Notes: generated from the letters alone by a model not told the origin. DNA of 54,604 nucleotides from Chiloscyllium plagiosum (GCF_004010195.1 NC_057746.1:1171882-1226485); one strand, 5' to 3'. Numbered from the stretch's first letter, positions 36,413 to 48,998 are shown. A program made the numbers and translations.

Positions 36413-37940
36413 TGGTTCAAAGCTGCCTTGGCCCTCAGTACCATTTCATCCTCTGGCTCATAAGGATCTCTGGACTTGAAATGTTAACTCTGTTTTCTCT
36501 CCACAGATGGTGCCAGACTGGCTGAGTGTTTCTAGCTACTTCTGTTTTTGTTTCTGATCTCCAGCATCTGCAGAACTTTGTTTTTTTTTGTAAACTGTGT
36601 TTGGTATTGTTTAATGTGACAGGATTAATTAATAACCTCAAGTTAACCTACCTCTAGGTAGCAATGATCATGTGATTAACTTTTACATCCAATCTTAAAA
36701 GGGAGAAGAGTGGGTCTAAGACTAATATTTTAAACTTAAATGGGTCTAAAAGCTGGACTAGCTGAAGTGAACTGAGACAGAAAACTGGGGACCAGAATCA
36801 TGAGAGAAGCCTTGGTAGATATTTAAGGGGAAATTTCAGAATACTAATTTAATACTAACTTAAAACTTCAGAGTAAGTATGTTCCTACTATAAATTCTAA
36901 AAGGAAACCCATCATCCCTGGTCAATGAAACAAATTAAAGAAAGAATCAGATTTAGGGAAAAAACATACAATTGTGAGGGGAAGAGTGGGTGAACTGATG
37001 ATTAGACAGAATATAAATTGTAGAGGGAATGAAAGAATTATCAGGAGAAATAATTGAAGTATGAGAGGAAGCTAGCTAGAAATGTAAAAAATAGACAACA
37101 AGAATTTCTACAAATATTTTAAAAGGATAAAAGTCAGTAAATGAATGTTGGTCTTCTCGAGAGTGAGAATGGAGAGTTAATAGTTGATAATAAAAAATGG
37201 CAGATGAATACGTTTTCGTTCTGTCTTCACTATAGAGGACGCAAAGAACACCTCAGAAATATCTGTAAATCAGCAGGTAGAAGCAAGGGAGGAACATAGT
37301 AAATTACAGTTGCTGATCAAACTGATGGGGCAGTGGGCTCTAGTTGAACTGCCCGAGGGTCGTAAAATAAACTGCTGGGGAGATTTTAGATGATTATAGT
37401 TAGTTTTCCAAAATTGCTTCAATTCAGGAAATGTTCCATTGGAATTAAAAGGATCAAATTTAACTCCTCTATTCAATAAGGGAGGGATTGAGAAATCAAA
37501 GAAGCCACAGGCCAGTTACCTTAATATCTGTCATGAGGAAGATGTTAAAATTTATCGTGAAAGATATTGTAACAGGTAACTTAGGAAAACTCAAGGTAAT
37601 TGGGAGTAATCAGCATATACTTTGTGAAAGGGAAATTATGTTCAGTCAATTTAAGTGGAGTTTATTAAAGGAGAAACATGCAATGTGGACAAAGGGGATC
37701 TTGTAGAATACTGTACTTAGACTGAAAGCATTTGATAAGGTGACACATTAAAGATTATTGTACAGAATTAAAGCTCATCCTGTAGAGGGTAATGTAGGAG
37801 GGATAGAAGATTGACTGACACAAAACAGAGTGTACTTAAATAGTACATTTATAACACAATTACTGATTGGTATGACGTGATTAATTAAGTCTTGGAGATG
37901 CCTGTGCTAGGGATTTAGTTTTCTGCAAGTTATGTCAATC
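35140..37940 (+). mobile_element. Degenerate CR1 LINE (endonuclease to RT) with nested SINE and short repeats
   Basis: RPVTLISVMRKML, KAFDKVTH and FRSVFT motifs. Confidence 0.65.
35508..35823 (-). mobile_element. HE1-type SINE, well preserved
   Basis: GGGCGGCACGGTGGCACAGTGGTTAGCAC head, CpGs retained, (TAATC)n tail. Confidence 0.9.
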
Positions 37941-38699
37941 ACTAGGGAGGGAGAGGCATTGTGTTGCTCTTTCAAGGAGCCATCGCATGTCCCGTCCGCC
38001 TCATGGGTGTTCTGTGTCACTGCACAATGTCTAAAATTCGTTCTAAGGATTGCGGTGCTGTGGTCAAGACCTGCATTCGTTCCCCATCCCTAATTGCGTA
38101 GAAAGAAAAGGTCATTCTCAATGCAACTACATGGTGTTGTTGCTCCTTTCGAAAGGAAGTCAAGAGCAGCATGGGTGTGCATTGTTAGTCCATGTAAACC
38201 AAACCTGACAGATTTCCTTCCATAAACCAGCAGTTTTTAAACCACAGTCAGGTATTTTATTGCCATCTTTACTATTGCTAGTTCTTTTATTCCCGATTTT
38301 TATTAAATCAGTTGAATTTAAATTAAGGTGGAATTTGGTCTCATGCCTCCAGATAATTAGACCAGATCTCTGGGTGAGTTCTGAAGAAGTGCGAGATCAG
38401 ATTTGAAATATTAACTCAGTTTTTTCTGTCTGCACAGGTGTTGCCAGACTTGCTGAGTTTCTTCAGCATCATCTTTGTTTGCTTTGGCCAGTCTGAGCCA
38501 TTAATATTAAATCATTGACCAAAGACAAGTTTTGGAGGTTTGACTGAAGTAAAAGAGACACTGCAAGGAAAAATCCTTTACACTATGTTAAGATGTGATT
38601 AGCTGATGTAAGATTGGGTTAACTACAGACTTTATAAAGATTAGACAGCCTGCCAACAGGCCGTGCCTTTTAATATTTTCCATTCCATAAATATCCAGA

Positions 38700-39020
38700 A
38701 TCAAACCTTCACCAGCCTAATCTACCCAGTGACTGATGACTCCTATTTGTGATTGGCCGTGTGGTAACCACAGTAATGTTTACATCCCATGACGGTGTCA
38801 GTCAGACTGTATAATGTGGAGTCAGGTTGATAGGGACTTTCCAAATCCATCTCCAACTGTGAACACACTAAATAAACCACAAGAGTCAGTGTTAATCCTC
38901 AATCCAGTCTCAGGAACAGGGACTTTCCAACGAAACCGTGAATTACCGGTAAGACATAACCTGCCTCTCCCCCAACACTAAACAAACCATATTTATCTGC
39001 TGTCACCAAAGGAAGTCAAT
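38700..39020 (+). promoter_or_regulatory. Inverted distal S-X-Y module with 10-bp X-Y spacer and tandem NF-kB sites
   Basis: S-like CAAACCT 38702-38708; 16-nt spacer; X1 CCCAGTGACTGATG 38725-38738 with X2 TGACTC; Y GTGATTGGCC 38749-38758; RUNX palindrome TGTGGTAACCACA 38760; GGGACTTTCC at 38833 and 38919; AAAGGAAGT ~39008. Confidence 0.72.
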
Positions 39021-39764
39021 GTCAATTCTCATGCTGCAAAGGCTGACATTCATTCTCCACCCATCATTGCCCTTATAGCATTTGGTGATAACAACACAGA
39101 ATGGAATGAGGCTATTTGGCCGAATGAAACTGCATCAGTATTTTCAAACAGTAATCTAGTTATTCACACCCACCTATCTTTCCATTATTCCCTGCATTCT
39201 TTTCTCTTTTTTTGAGTATTTATTTTTTTCCCTTTTGAAAGTTACCGTTGAATCTGCATCCACTGCCCTTGCAGACAGTACATTCCAAATCCTAACCACA
39301 CATTGTGGATAAAGTAAGGTTTCATCTTGCCTTTGGCTTTTTACCCACTTATTAACCCTATATTGCCATTTGAAGCCATTTTTCCTTTTAAACTCCCTTT
39401 GACCCCTTAACTTTAAACCTGCTGAGCGTTTCTAGTATCCTTTATTTTTATTACAGATTTCCAGTTTTGGTTTTGTACAGTCAGTAAGCTGCAGCGTGCT
39501 GACCTTTGCTGGGCGACAATTCCAAGCTGACTTTACCCAGTAATTCAAGGATACTCTGCAGGACTCAGTAGTTAATTGGTCAAAACTGGCTAAGTATTGT
39601 TTCAACCGCAGTTTGATTGAGTAACAAGGGCGATGTGAGCAGTGATATTGAATGGGAGCCAGGGCCTTTCACATGAAACCGTTCCTAACTGTTACACACC
39701 CATTTGCTAGCGCTCTGAGTCTCCCAGCAAATATAGAGCAGTGAACATCAATATCCATGTGGAT

Positions 39765-40125
39765 TATCGAGGGACATGGATAGGATAAATAGACAAAGTG
39801 TTTTCCCTGGGGTCGGGGAGTCCAGAACTCGAGGGCATAAGTTTAGGGTGAGAGAGGAAAGATATAAAAGAGACCTAAGGGGCAACTTTTTCACACAGAG
39901 AGTGGTACATGTATAGAATGAGCTGCCAGAGGATGTGGTGGAGGCTGGTACAAATGCAACATTTAAGAGGCATTTGGATGGGTATATGAATAGGAAGGGT
40001 TTGGTGGGATATGGGCCGGATGCTGGCGGGTGGGACTAGATTAGGTTGGGAAATCTGGTTGGCATGGACGGGTTGGACCGAAAGGTCTGATTCCATGCTG
40101 TACATCTCTGTGACTAGATGACTCT
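39765..40125 (+). mobile_element. CR1/HER1 3' fragment
   Basis: Near-identical to 14865-15208. Confidence 0.85.
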
Positions 40126-40449
40126 ATAATCTCAAATGGCAATCTACACTCTCCAACAGACTGAACCTCTAACCCTTCATTGTACATACTGTACATCAGT
40201 CTTTACTGAAAAGGTTCATTCAATACAATACAAATCCTTTTTACCAACAGCTCAAAAACACAAAACATTCTAGCTATGATCAGGAATGGGCTATTCTGCC
40301 TGTCAAACCTGCTGTCCCATTCAGTACAATATGATTGCTCATAGGCCACCAGCTCATTTTCCCACCTACTTGCCAAATCCATTGACTGTCTCAGAGGTCT
40401 AAATTCTTTCAGTCTCAGTCTTTACATTAAAAGACAGCACGTTCACAAA

Positions 40450-42180
40450 CTGCTAGCACCCACTTGGGAAATGCCCAGGTGGACAGAGTGGGCCACTTCC
40501 CAGAGGACTGCCAGAGGAAGCCTCCAGACCTGGGAAGCCTGGTCCAAGGTTGGCGCCCAGGACCAGCTTATTACAGGATATGACAGCCAGGACGAGGTCA
40601 AATAGGGGGAGTATGACATTCAGCTCATCACCCTTCCAAAGTGAGAATCCTGGCTCTCGCAGAGGATCAGGACTGCAAATGTAGGGTTGCTAGGACATCC
40701 TTATCTCTCTAACTAAGTACCACTCTGCAATCCACTGCAACCCTGCTGTCAGTCTCATTCATTGCTCAGCACTTCCAACCCGTGACACCTTCAGTCTGTT
40801 GTGTCTTGCAGGTACAGCCAGTATTTCCATAAACTCTGTGGAGACGCGCCTGACTCTCCCAGAGTCACCCCCTCACCCCCGATCCCTGGGGACAAAAGTC
40901 CCAATGTCTCAGAGAAGCAAGGCTGCTGCATACCTAGGTGGGAACCAATGCTCCCTCTAAGCTGCCCGGCTGTGCGTGCACACACAGCTGTTCTAAGGAT
41001 CTGCACAACACAGGTCAGCGGTCAGCCAACACCGTTCACTGTACTAATCTCCTCGTCAGGAATCAGTGTCACACACACACACACCCCTTGGAAATCAGGG
41101 GAAAGCTGGAGGGAATGTTGTGCTGAGAGAGTGGGAACACATTTTAGTGAGCTCCTCACTATGACAGCTCCTCAGCTGGCCCAGGAAGACATGCTCCAGG
41201 TCACTGACACTAGGAGGGCTGGCAGAAACTGTGCTGGAAACTGGGCACTGACATCTCAGGGTACACTCCATTTCTCTCTCCCTCTCTCTCTCACACACAC
41301 ACTCACCATGTTCAAGGACATTGGCATCTAACATGTAAGAACCCTCATGGCATTACCTTTCAGCCACTTACAGGGCACTCCTATACTTCAGTGCTGGTCC
41401 TCAGACTGCACTGGCAACTCTGAGTGTAACACTGCAGCAAGGTCAGTTTGTGCTCAGGGACACACACCCAGCTCATAGACTGGAACAGGCTGCAGCTGTG
41501 GGCTCTTCATCATTGTCATAGCACTAACTCAGTCTGAGGATACTCACATCATCCCTGCCTTGCATTGGCTTTACCTTGCCTTTTTGCGACCTCATTCAGA
41601 GATACCAGGTTCATTTCACATGTGTCCAGTTGTGCTTTTTAGTACATACACAAGGCCAAGGAGTTTGTCAGAGTTGTCAGTGGTCCTCAGTCATGGCAGA
41701 GATCTTCACTCAGGCATTCCCAGCACAAACTCAAGGGCAACCTCAGGTTACCAGTCCAGGTCTTGCTTGGGGGTGTCAGAGTCAGGATCCTCTCCTTATA
41801 AGAGGTGAGGAGTTGAATGTCAGGCAGCACGCTCCCTGAGTTGGGTATTTCTGCCGTATCGTGGGCTGTTTTTGTCCAGGACAGAGAGGCAGACAGGTAT
41901 TTCAGAAGGTGCAAGTAATTCTGCCAGTTATTATTATTGGTGCAGGTGGTGAGATGTCCTGGGTGAAAGAGTAGACAGCACAGAGGAGATGCCGGGTTTA
42001 TAGTGTCAGGGATTGGGGAGGGTGAGAGTGAGTGAGGGAAGGTGCTGCAGGCAGTAGTGAGAATGGTTGAGTGTGTGCCTTGGTGAGAGGTGGGTATATT
42101 GTCAGGTGGATGGTGAGTGTGAGATATCGGAGAGAGGATCTTACTGTGGTGCACTGGAGAAAGGCATTGAGCAGATGGCA
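40450..42180 (-). mobile_element. Possible decayed Harbinger Myb/SANT-like accessory gene region
   Basis: Minus 41877-41775 reads KTAHDTAEIPNSGSVLPDIQLLTSYKERIL, resembling the 'TGGG..LTPxEERxL' segment that follows Harbinger Myb/SANT domains. Weak similarity only. Confidence 0.4.
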
Positions 42181-42373
42181 GGTTTTAATGGATGGTATTG
42201 TCACTTTCAGTTCCAGATTTGATGACTTGAATTTAAGTTCCACCAGGTACAGAGCTAGATTTGATCCCATGTGATCAGATTATCAGCCTGGGCACAGGGA
42301 TTACTAGCATGGTAACATGACCACTTCACCACTGTCTGCCTTATTCCTCCTTCCTAAACATCATTGTAAAAAT

Positions 42374-42440
42374 ATGAACTCACTGAGAGAGTTCTCTCAG
42401 CAACAGATGACAGTCTGTGTTCTGCTGATCCTATTGGTTG
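42374..42440 (+). promoter_or_regulatory. S-X-Y module, either an inverted distal enhancer or the promoter of a divergent gene
   Basis: S-like TGAACT 42375-42380; 15-nt spacer; X1 CTCAGCAACAGATG 42396-42409 (HLA-DRA X1 is CCTAGCAACAGATG); 20-nt spacer; Y CCTATTGGTT 42430-42439. Confidence 0.8.
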
Positions 42441-42905
42441 ACGGTGTAGCTGCCTGAGCTTGTCTCCAGTGGGGTTGGTCAGGTGAACAAACAGAAGCTG
42501 TGGCTTTAGTCTGTTACCCTTGTCTTCTCTCACACACAGTTCACATGGACTCTCTCCAAACTCTGACGCATGCAACACACAAATGCTTATTTGGTAATAT
42601 TCTTTGAAACAGTTTTGATTCAAACAATACTAAAATTAATTTCAGTTTCAGCCATCAAACTCACTTATTTCTGGTGGTAAAGACACAGTCTGAAGTCAAG
42701 GTGAAGAGATGGTCATGTTACTCTGACCCCCATTAAGGTATGGACTGAAAAGTGATAAATTACATTGACCTGGTCATCTCCAACATGAGAGATACTTATC
42801 ACTGTCTCTAAGTATTCAATAGCATTATCATCACTGAATCCTACACTGTATTGAGGGCATAAACTAGGGGTTATCTCTGAATAGAAACCAACATCACAGC
42901 ACATC

Positions 42906-43128
42906 TTCAGTACTGACTCTCTGACAGTGCAGCATTCCCTCAGTACTGACCCTCTGACAGTGTGGCATTCCCTCAGTACTGACCCTCTGACAGTGTGGCA
43001 CTCCCTCAGTACTGACCATCTAACAGTGTGGCACTCCCTCAGTACTGACCCTCTGACAGTGTAGCACTCCCTCAGTACTGACCATCTAACAGTGTGGCAC
43101 TCCCTCAGTACTGACCCTCTGACAGTGC
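42906..43128. repeat. 33-bp minisatellite, about 6.7 copies
   Basis: Unit CTCAGTACTGACCCTCTGACAGTGTGGCACTCC; units 4 and 6 share the variant CCATCTAA. Confidence 0.92.
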
Positions 43129-43129
43129 A

Positions 43130-46100
43130 GAGTGGATGGGGTTCCTTTGTACATAAGGAATGAAATTAAATCAATAGTAACAAACAAAGTAGGGTCAGAT
43201 GGTGTAGAATCTGTGAGGGTTGAAATGAGGAACTGCAAAGGTGGGAAAACCATAATTGGAATTATGTACAGGCCTCCAAACAATAGTGAGGAGATGAGGC
43301 GCAGGAGATGGGAAAGATGTGTAAGAAAGGCAAAGTTACAGTGATCATGGGGGAATTTCAATGTGCAGGTGGACTGGGAAAATGAGGTTGGTCGTGGATT
43401 ACAAGAAAAAAAATTGTGGAATGTCTATGAGACGGCTTTTTGGAGCAGCTTGTGGTGGAGCTCACCAGGGAACAGGCAATACTGGACTTAGTGTTGTACA
43501 ATGAGGCAGACTTAATAAGGGAGCCTAAGATGAAGGAATCCTTAGGAGGCAGTGGTCATAACACAATCAAATTTACTCTGCAATTTGAGAGGGATAAGGT
43601 AGAATCAGAGGTAACGGTTTTACAGCTAAATAAAGGCAACTACAGAGGCATGAGGAAGACGCTGGAGAGTTGACTGGGAGAGGAGCCCAGCAGGAAAGAC
43701 AGTGGAACAGCAATGGCAGCAGTTTCTGGGAGTAATTCAGGAGACAGCAGAGATTCATCCCGAGGGAAAAGAAGGATGGTACAGGGAGGGTGAGGCAACC
43801 ACGGCTGACTAGGGAAGTCAGGGATAGCACAAAAGCAAAAGAGAAAGCATATAATGTGGCAAAGGGCAGTGGGAAACCAAGGGATTAGGAAGCTTAGACC
43901 AACACAGGTCCAAGGAAATGGCTGAGGAACTGAATAATTACTCTGTGTCAATCTTCACTGTTGACCACACGAGTAATATCCCAAAACTTTTAAAGAGTGA
44001 GGGGGCAGAGTTGAGTATGGTGGCCATCACCAAGGAGAGGATGCTAGAAAAACTGAATGACCTGAAGGTGGATAAATCACCTGGACCAGATGGACTAAAC
44101 CCCAAAGTTCTAAGGGAGATAGCTGAAGAGGAGGTAATAATGGTGATCATTCAGGAATCACTAGAGTCGGGAAGGGACCCAGAGAACTGGAAAATCACTA
44201 ATATGATACCTCTATTCAAAAAGGGAGTAAGGCAAAAGATGGAAAATTACAAACCAATTAGCCTAACCTCAGTCATGGGTAAGATCTTGGAATCCATTGT
44301 GAAAGATGAAATTTCTGAATACTTGGAAGTGTATGGTAAAATAGAGCTGAAAATGTGTTGCTGGAAAAGCGCAGCAGGTCAGGCAGCATCCAAGGAGCAG
44401 GAGAATCAACATGAGCCCTTCTTCATGCCCGAAACGTCGATTCCCCTGCTCCTTGGATGCTGCCTGACCTGCTGCGCTTTTCCAGCAACACATTTTCAGC
44501 TCTGATCTCCAGCATCTGCAGTCCTCACTTTCTCCTCTATGGTAAAATAGAGCAAATTCAGACTGGTTTCATCAAGGGGAGGTCATGCCTGACAATGTTA
44601 GAATTCTTTGAGGAAGTAACAAGCCGATTAGACCATAGACAGCCAATGGATGTTATCTGCCTGAGTTCAAGAAGGCCTTTGACAGGGTGCTGCACAGGAG
44701 GCTACTGAGTAAGATGAGGGCCCATGGTGTTAGAGGCAAGGTGCCAGCATGGATAGAAGCTTGGCTGTCTGGCAGAGAGTGGGGATAAAAGGGTCCTTCT
44801 CAGGATGGCAGCTGGTGACAAGTGGTGTTCCGTAAGGCTCAGTGTTGGGATCACAACTTTCCACTTTATATATTAATAGAGTCATAGTCATAGAGAATCA
44901 TAGAGATATACCAACACGGAAACAGACCCTTCAGTCCAACTCGTCCATTCCAACCAGATATCCTAAATTAATCTAGTCCTATTTCCCAGCACTTGGCCCA
45001 TATCCCTCTAAACCCTTCCGTACACCACCACCCTGTGCATGAAAAAGTTGCCCCTTAGGTCCCTTTTTATATCTTTCCCCTCTCACCCTAAACCTATGCC
45101 CTCTAGTTCTGGACTCCCCGACCCCAGGGAAAAAACTTTGTCTATTTACCCTATTCGTGTCCCTCATGATTTTATAAACCTCTATAAGGTCACCCCTCAG
45201 CCTCCAACGGTCCAGGGAAAACAGCCCCAGCCTATTCAGCTTCTCCCTGTAGCTCAAATCCTCCAACCCTGGCAACATTCTTGTAAATCTTTTCTGAACC
45301 CTTTCAAGTTCATTACATTCTTCCGATAGGAAGAAGACCAGAATTGCACACGACATTCCAAAAGTGGCCTAACCAATGTCCTGTACAGCCACAACATGAC
45401 CTCCCAACTCCTGTACTCAATACTCTGACCAATAAAGGAAAGTATACCAAACGCCTTCTTCATTATCCTATCTACCTGCGACTCCACTTTCAAGGAGCTA
45501 TGAACCTGCACTCCAAGGTCTCTTTGTTCAGCAACACTCCCTAGGACCTTACTATGAAGTGTCCAAGTCCTGATTTGATTTGCTTTTCCAAAATGCAGCA
45601 CCTCATGTTTAACTCCATCTGCCACTCCTCAGCCCATTGGCCCATCTGGTTAAGATCTCATTGTAATCTGAGGTAACCTTCTTCGCTGTCCACTACACCT
45701 CCAATTTTGGTGTCATCTGCAAACTTACTAATCATCCACCATCACTCTCTGTCTTCTACCTTTGAGTCAGATCTGAATCCAAATGGCTAGTTTTCCCTAT
45801 AGTTCTAGTTGAAGGAACTGAGGGCATTCTGGCTAAGTTTGCAGATGACACAAAGATAGTCGAAGGACAGGTAGCATTCAGGAGGCAGGGAGGCTGCAGA
45901 AGAATTTGGACAGATTAGGAGAGTGGGCAAAGACATGGCAGGTGGAGTACAACATGGGAAAGTGTGAGGTCATGGACTTTGGTTGGAAGAATAGAGGCAT
46001 GGACTATTTTCTAAATTGAGAGAAAATTCAAAACTTTGAAGTACAAAGAGATTTGAAAGTCCTAGTTCAGGATTCTCTCAATGTAAACTTGCAAGTTGAG

Positions 46101-46610
46101 TTAGTAGTTAGGAAGGCAAATGCAATGATAGCGTTTATGTGAGGGCTTGAATATAAAAGCAGGAATGTAGTTCTGAGGCTCTATAAGGCTCTGGTCAGAC
46201 CACATTTGGTGTATTGTGAGCAGTTTTGGGCCCTGTATCTCAGGAAGGATGTACTGGCCCTGGAATGTGTTCAGAGGAGATCCATGAGAACGGTCCCAGG
46301 AATGAAAAGCTTAACGTATGAGAAAGATTTGAGGACTCTGGGGCTATACTTGATGGAGTTTAGAAGGATGAGGGGGGGATCTGATTGAAACATACAGAAT
46401 ACTGAATGGCCTGGACAGAGTGGATGTTGGGAAGATGTTTCCATTGGTAGGAGAGACAAGGACCTGAGAGCACAGCCTTAGAGTAAAGGGAGATAAGGAG
46501 ATACTTTTTCAGCCAGAGAGTGGTGAATCGATGGAATTCATTGCCACAGAAGGCTGTGGAGGCCAGGTCATTGATTATATTTAAGATTGAGATAGATAGG
46601 TTCTTGAGTA
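43130..46610 (+). mobile_element. CR1 LINE ORF2 (endonuclease and RT), degenerate, with nested insertions
   Basis: MYRPPN, ILDLVL, KSPGPDGL, NYKPISLTSV, KFADDTK, LYKALVRPHL. Nested Penelope-derived hairpin 44348-44537 and HER1 fragment ~44878-45790. Confidence 0.85.
44878..45790 (-). mobile_element. CR1/HER1 3' fragment nested in an older CR1
   Basis: ORFs 44979-45356 and 45254-45625 (LYRTLVRPLLE, LERVQKRFTRMLPG). Confidence 0.85.
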
Positions 46611-47067
46611 TCCTCACTGGGATATATTTTAGTTGTGAAGAATTGAGTAGCTCCTGAAACAACTGCCACTGTTCATCCACTGTCTTACATTTTGGCCTTC
46701 CTGCCCAATCTACTTGGGCCAAATCTGTCCTCATGCCTATGTAGTTTCCTTTGTTTAATTCCAGAATACTATTGGGTCTCCAGTTTCTTACTCCCAAACT
46801 GAATTTTGAATTCTATTGTACTATGGTTACTATTCCCTCGAGGATCCTGAACTATGATGTCATCAATTGATCTCTCCTCATTACACAATACCAAAACCAG
46901 AGAAGCCAGCTGCACAACATACTGCTCAAAGAAACAATCTCTATTACATCCAATGAACTCTGTCTCTAGGCTGCCCTTGCTAATTTGATTCTTCCAACCA
47001 GTTGTTTATTTGTCTACTAACATTTACAATTGGATGTGCATAGCTTAAATCTGATCTATTGTGGAAT

Positions 47068-48998
47068 TAGTCATAGAGATGTACAGCATGGAAACAGACC
47101 CTTCGGTCCAACCCGTCCATGCTGACTAGATATCCCAACCCAATCGAGTCCCACCTGCCAGCACCCAGCTCATACCCCTCCAAACCCTTCCTATTCATAT
47201 ACCCATCCAAATTCCTCTTAAATGTTGCAATTGTACCAGCCTCCACCACATCCTCTGGCAGCTCATTCCATACACGTACCACCCACTGCGTGAAAATGTT
47301 GCCCCTGAGGTCTCTTTTATATCTTTCCCCTCTCACCCTAAATCTANNNNNNNNNNNNNNNNNNNNNNNNNNNNNNNNNNNNNNNNNNNNNNNNNNNNNN
47401 NNNNNNNNNNNNNNNNNNNNNNNNNNNNNNNNNNNNNNNNNNNNNNNNNNNNNNNNNNNNNNNNNNNNNNNNNNNNNNNNNNNNNNNNNNNNNNNNNNNN
47501 NNNNNNNNNNNNNNNNNNNNNNNNNNNNNNNNNNNNNNNNNNNNNNNNNNNNNNNNNNNNNNNNNNNNNNNNNNNNNNNNNNNNNNNNNNNNNNNNNNNN
47601 NNNNNNNNNNNNNNNNNNNNNNNNNNNNNNNNNNNNNNNNNNNNNNNNNNNNNNNNNNNNNNNNNNNNNNNNNNNNNNNNNNNNNNNNNNNNNNNNNNNN
47701 NNNNNNNNNNNNNNNNNNNNNNNNNNNNNNNNNNNNNNNNNNNNNNNNNNNNNNNNNNNNNNNNNNNNNNNNNNNNNNNNNNNNNNNNNNNNNNNNNNNN
47801 NNNNNNNNNNNNNNNNNNNNNNNNNNNNNNNNNNNNNNNNNNNNNNNNNNNNNNNNNNNNNNNNNNNNNNNNNNNNNNNNNNNNNNNNNNNNNNNNNNNN
47901 NNNNNNNNNNNNNNNNNNNNNNNNNNNNNNNNNNNNNNNNNNNNNNNNNNNNNNNNNNNNNNNNNNNNNNNNNNNNNNNNNNNNNNNNNNNNNNNNNNNN
48001 NNNNNNNNNNNNNNNNNNNNNNNNNNNNNNNNNNNNNNNNNNNNNNNNNNNNNNNNNNNNNNNNNNNNNNNNNNNNNNNNNNNNNNNNNNNNNNNNNNNN
48101 NNNNNNNNNNNNNNNNNNNNNNNNNNNNNNNNNNNNNNNNNNNNNNNNNNNNTTCCCTGGCTTGTCTTTACTGCCCTTCTTAAACAGTGGTACCATGTTT
48201 GCCCACCTCCATTCTTCCGGCACCTCACCTGTGACTATCGTTGATACAAATATCTCAGCAAGAGGCCCAGAAATCACTTCTCTAGCTTTCCACAGGGTTC
48301 TTGGGTACACCTGATCAGGTCCTGGGGATTTATCCACTTTTATGTGTTTCAAGACATCCAGCACTTCCTCCTGTGTAATCTGGACATTTTGCAAGATGTC
48401 ACCATCTATTTCCCTACAGTCTATATCTTCCATATCCTTTTCCACAGTAAATACTGATGCAAAATATTCATTTAGTATCTCCCCCATTTTCTGTGGCTCC
48501 ACACGCCTTGCTGATCTTTGAGGGGCCCTATTCTCTCCCTAGTTACCCTTTTGTCCTTAATATATTTGTACAACCCCTTTGGATTCTCCTTAATTCTATT
48601 TGCCAAAGCTATCTCATGTCCCCGTTTTGCTCTCTTGATTTCCCTCTTACGTGTACTCCTACTTCCTTTATACTCTTCTAAGGATTCACGCGATCTATCC
48701 TGTCTATACCTGACATATGCTTCCATCTTTTTCTTAACCAAACCCTCAATTTCTTCAGTCATCCAGCATTCCCTATACCTACCAGCCTTCCCTTTCACCC
48801 TGACAGGAATATACTTTCTCTGGATTCTTGTTATCTCATTTCTGAAGGCTTCCCATTTTCCAGCCGTCCCTTTACCTGCGAACATCTGCCTCCAATCAGC
48901 TTTCGAAAGTTCTGGCCTAATACTGTCAAAATTGGCCTTTCTCCAAATTAGAACTTCAACTTTTAGATCTGGTCTATCCTTTTCCATCACTATTTTAA
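47068..48998 (-). mobile_element. Young CR1/HER1 LINE spanning the 806-N gap
   Basis: ORFs 48472-48990 and 47333-48502 (LNEYFASVFT, KSPGPDQVYPR, ANMVPLFKKG); 3' end at 47068-47346. Confidence 0.85.

Noticed and set aside
40684-40695. Perfect X1 half-site CCTAGCAAC on minus
   Set aside because: No Y box at 10 or 20 bp, and it lies in probable transposon-derived sequence.
42545-42593. Class II beta leader exon
   Set aside because: No hydrophobic core and a weak donor, so it is not called as CDS.
42906-43128. CRISPR-like array
   Set aside because: Head-to-tail units with no unique spacers, in a vertebrate genome with no cas genes.
25355-44493. Recurrent ORFs starting MCCWKSAAGQAASKEQEN or MLPDLLRFSSN
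   Set aside because: Translations of the non-coding Penelope terminal repeat, not a gene family.
47119-48502. Long ORFs of 294-389 aa (likewise 8354-9010 and 34465-34853)
   Set aside because: Artefacts of reading through N gaps.
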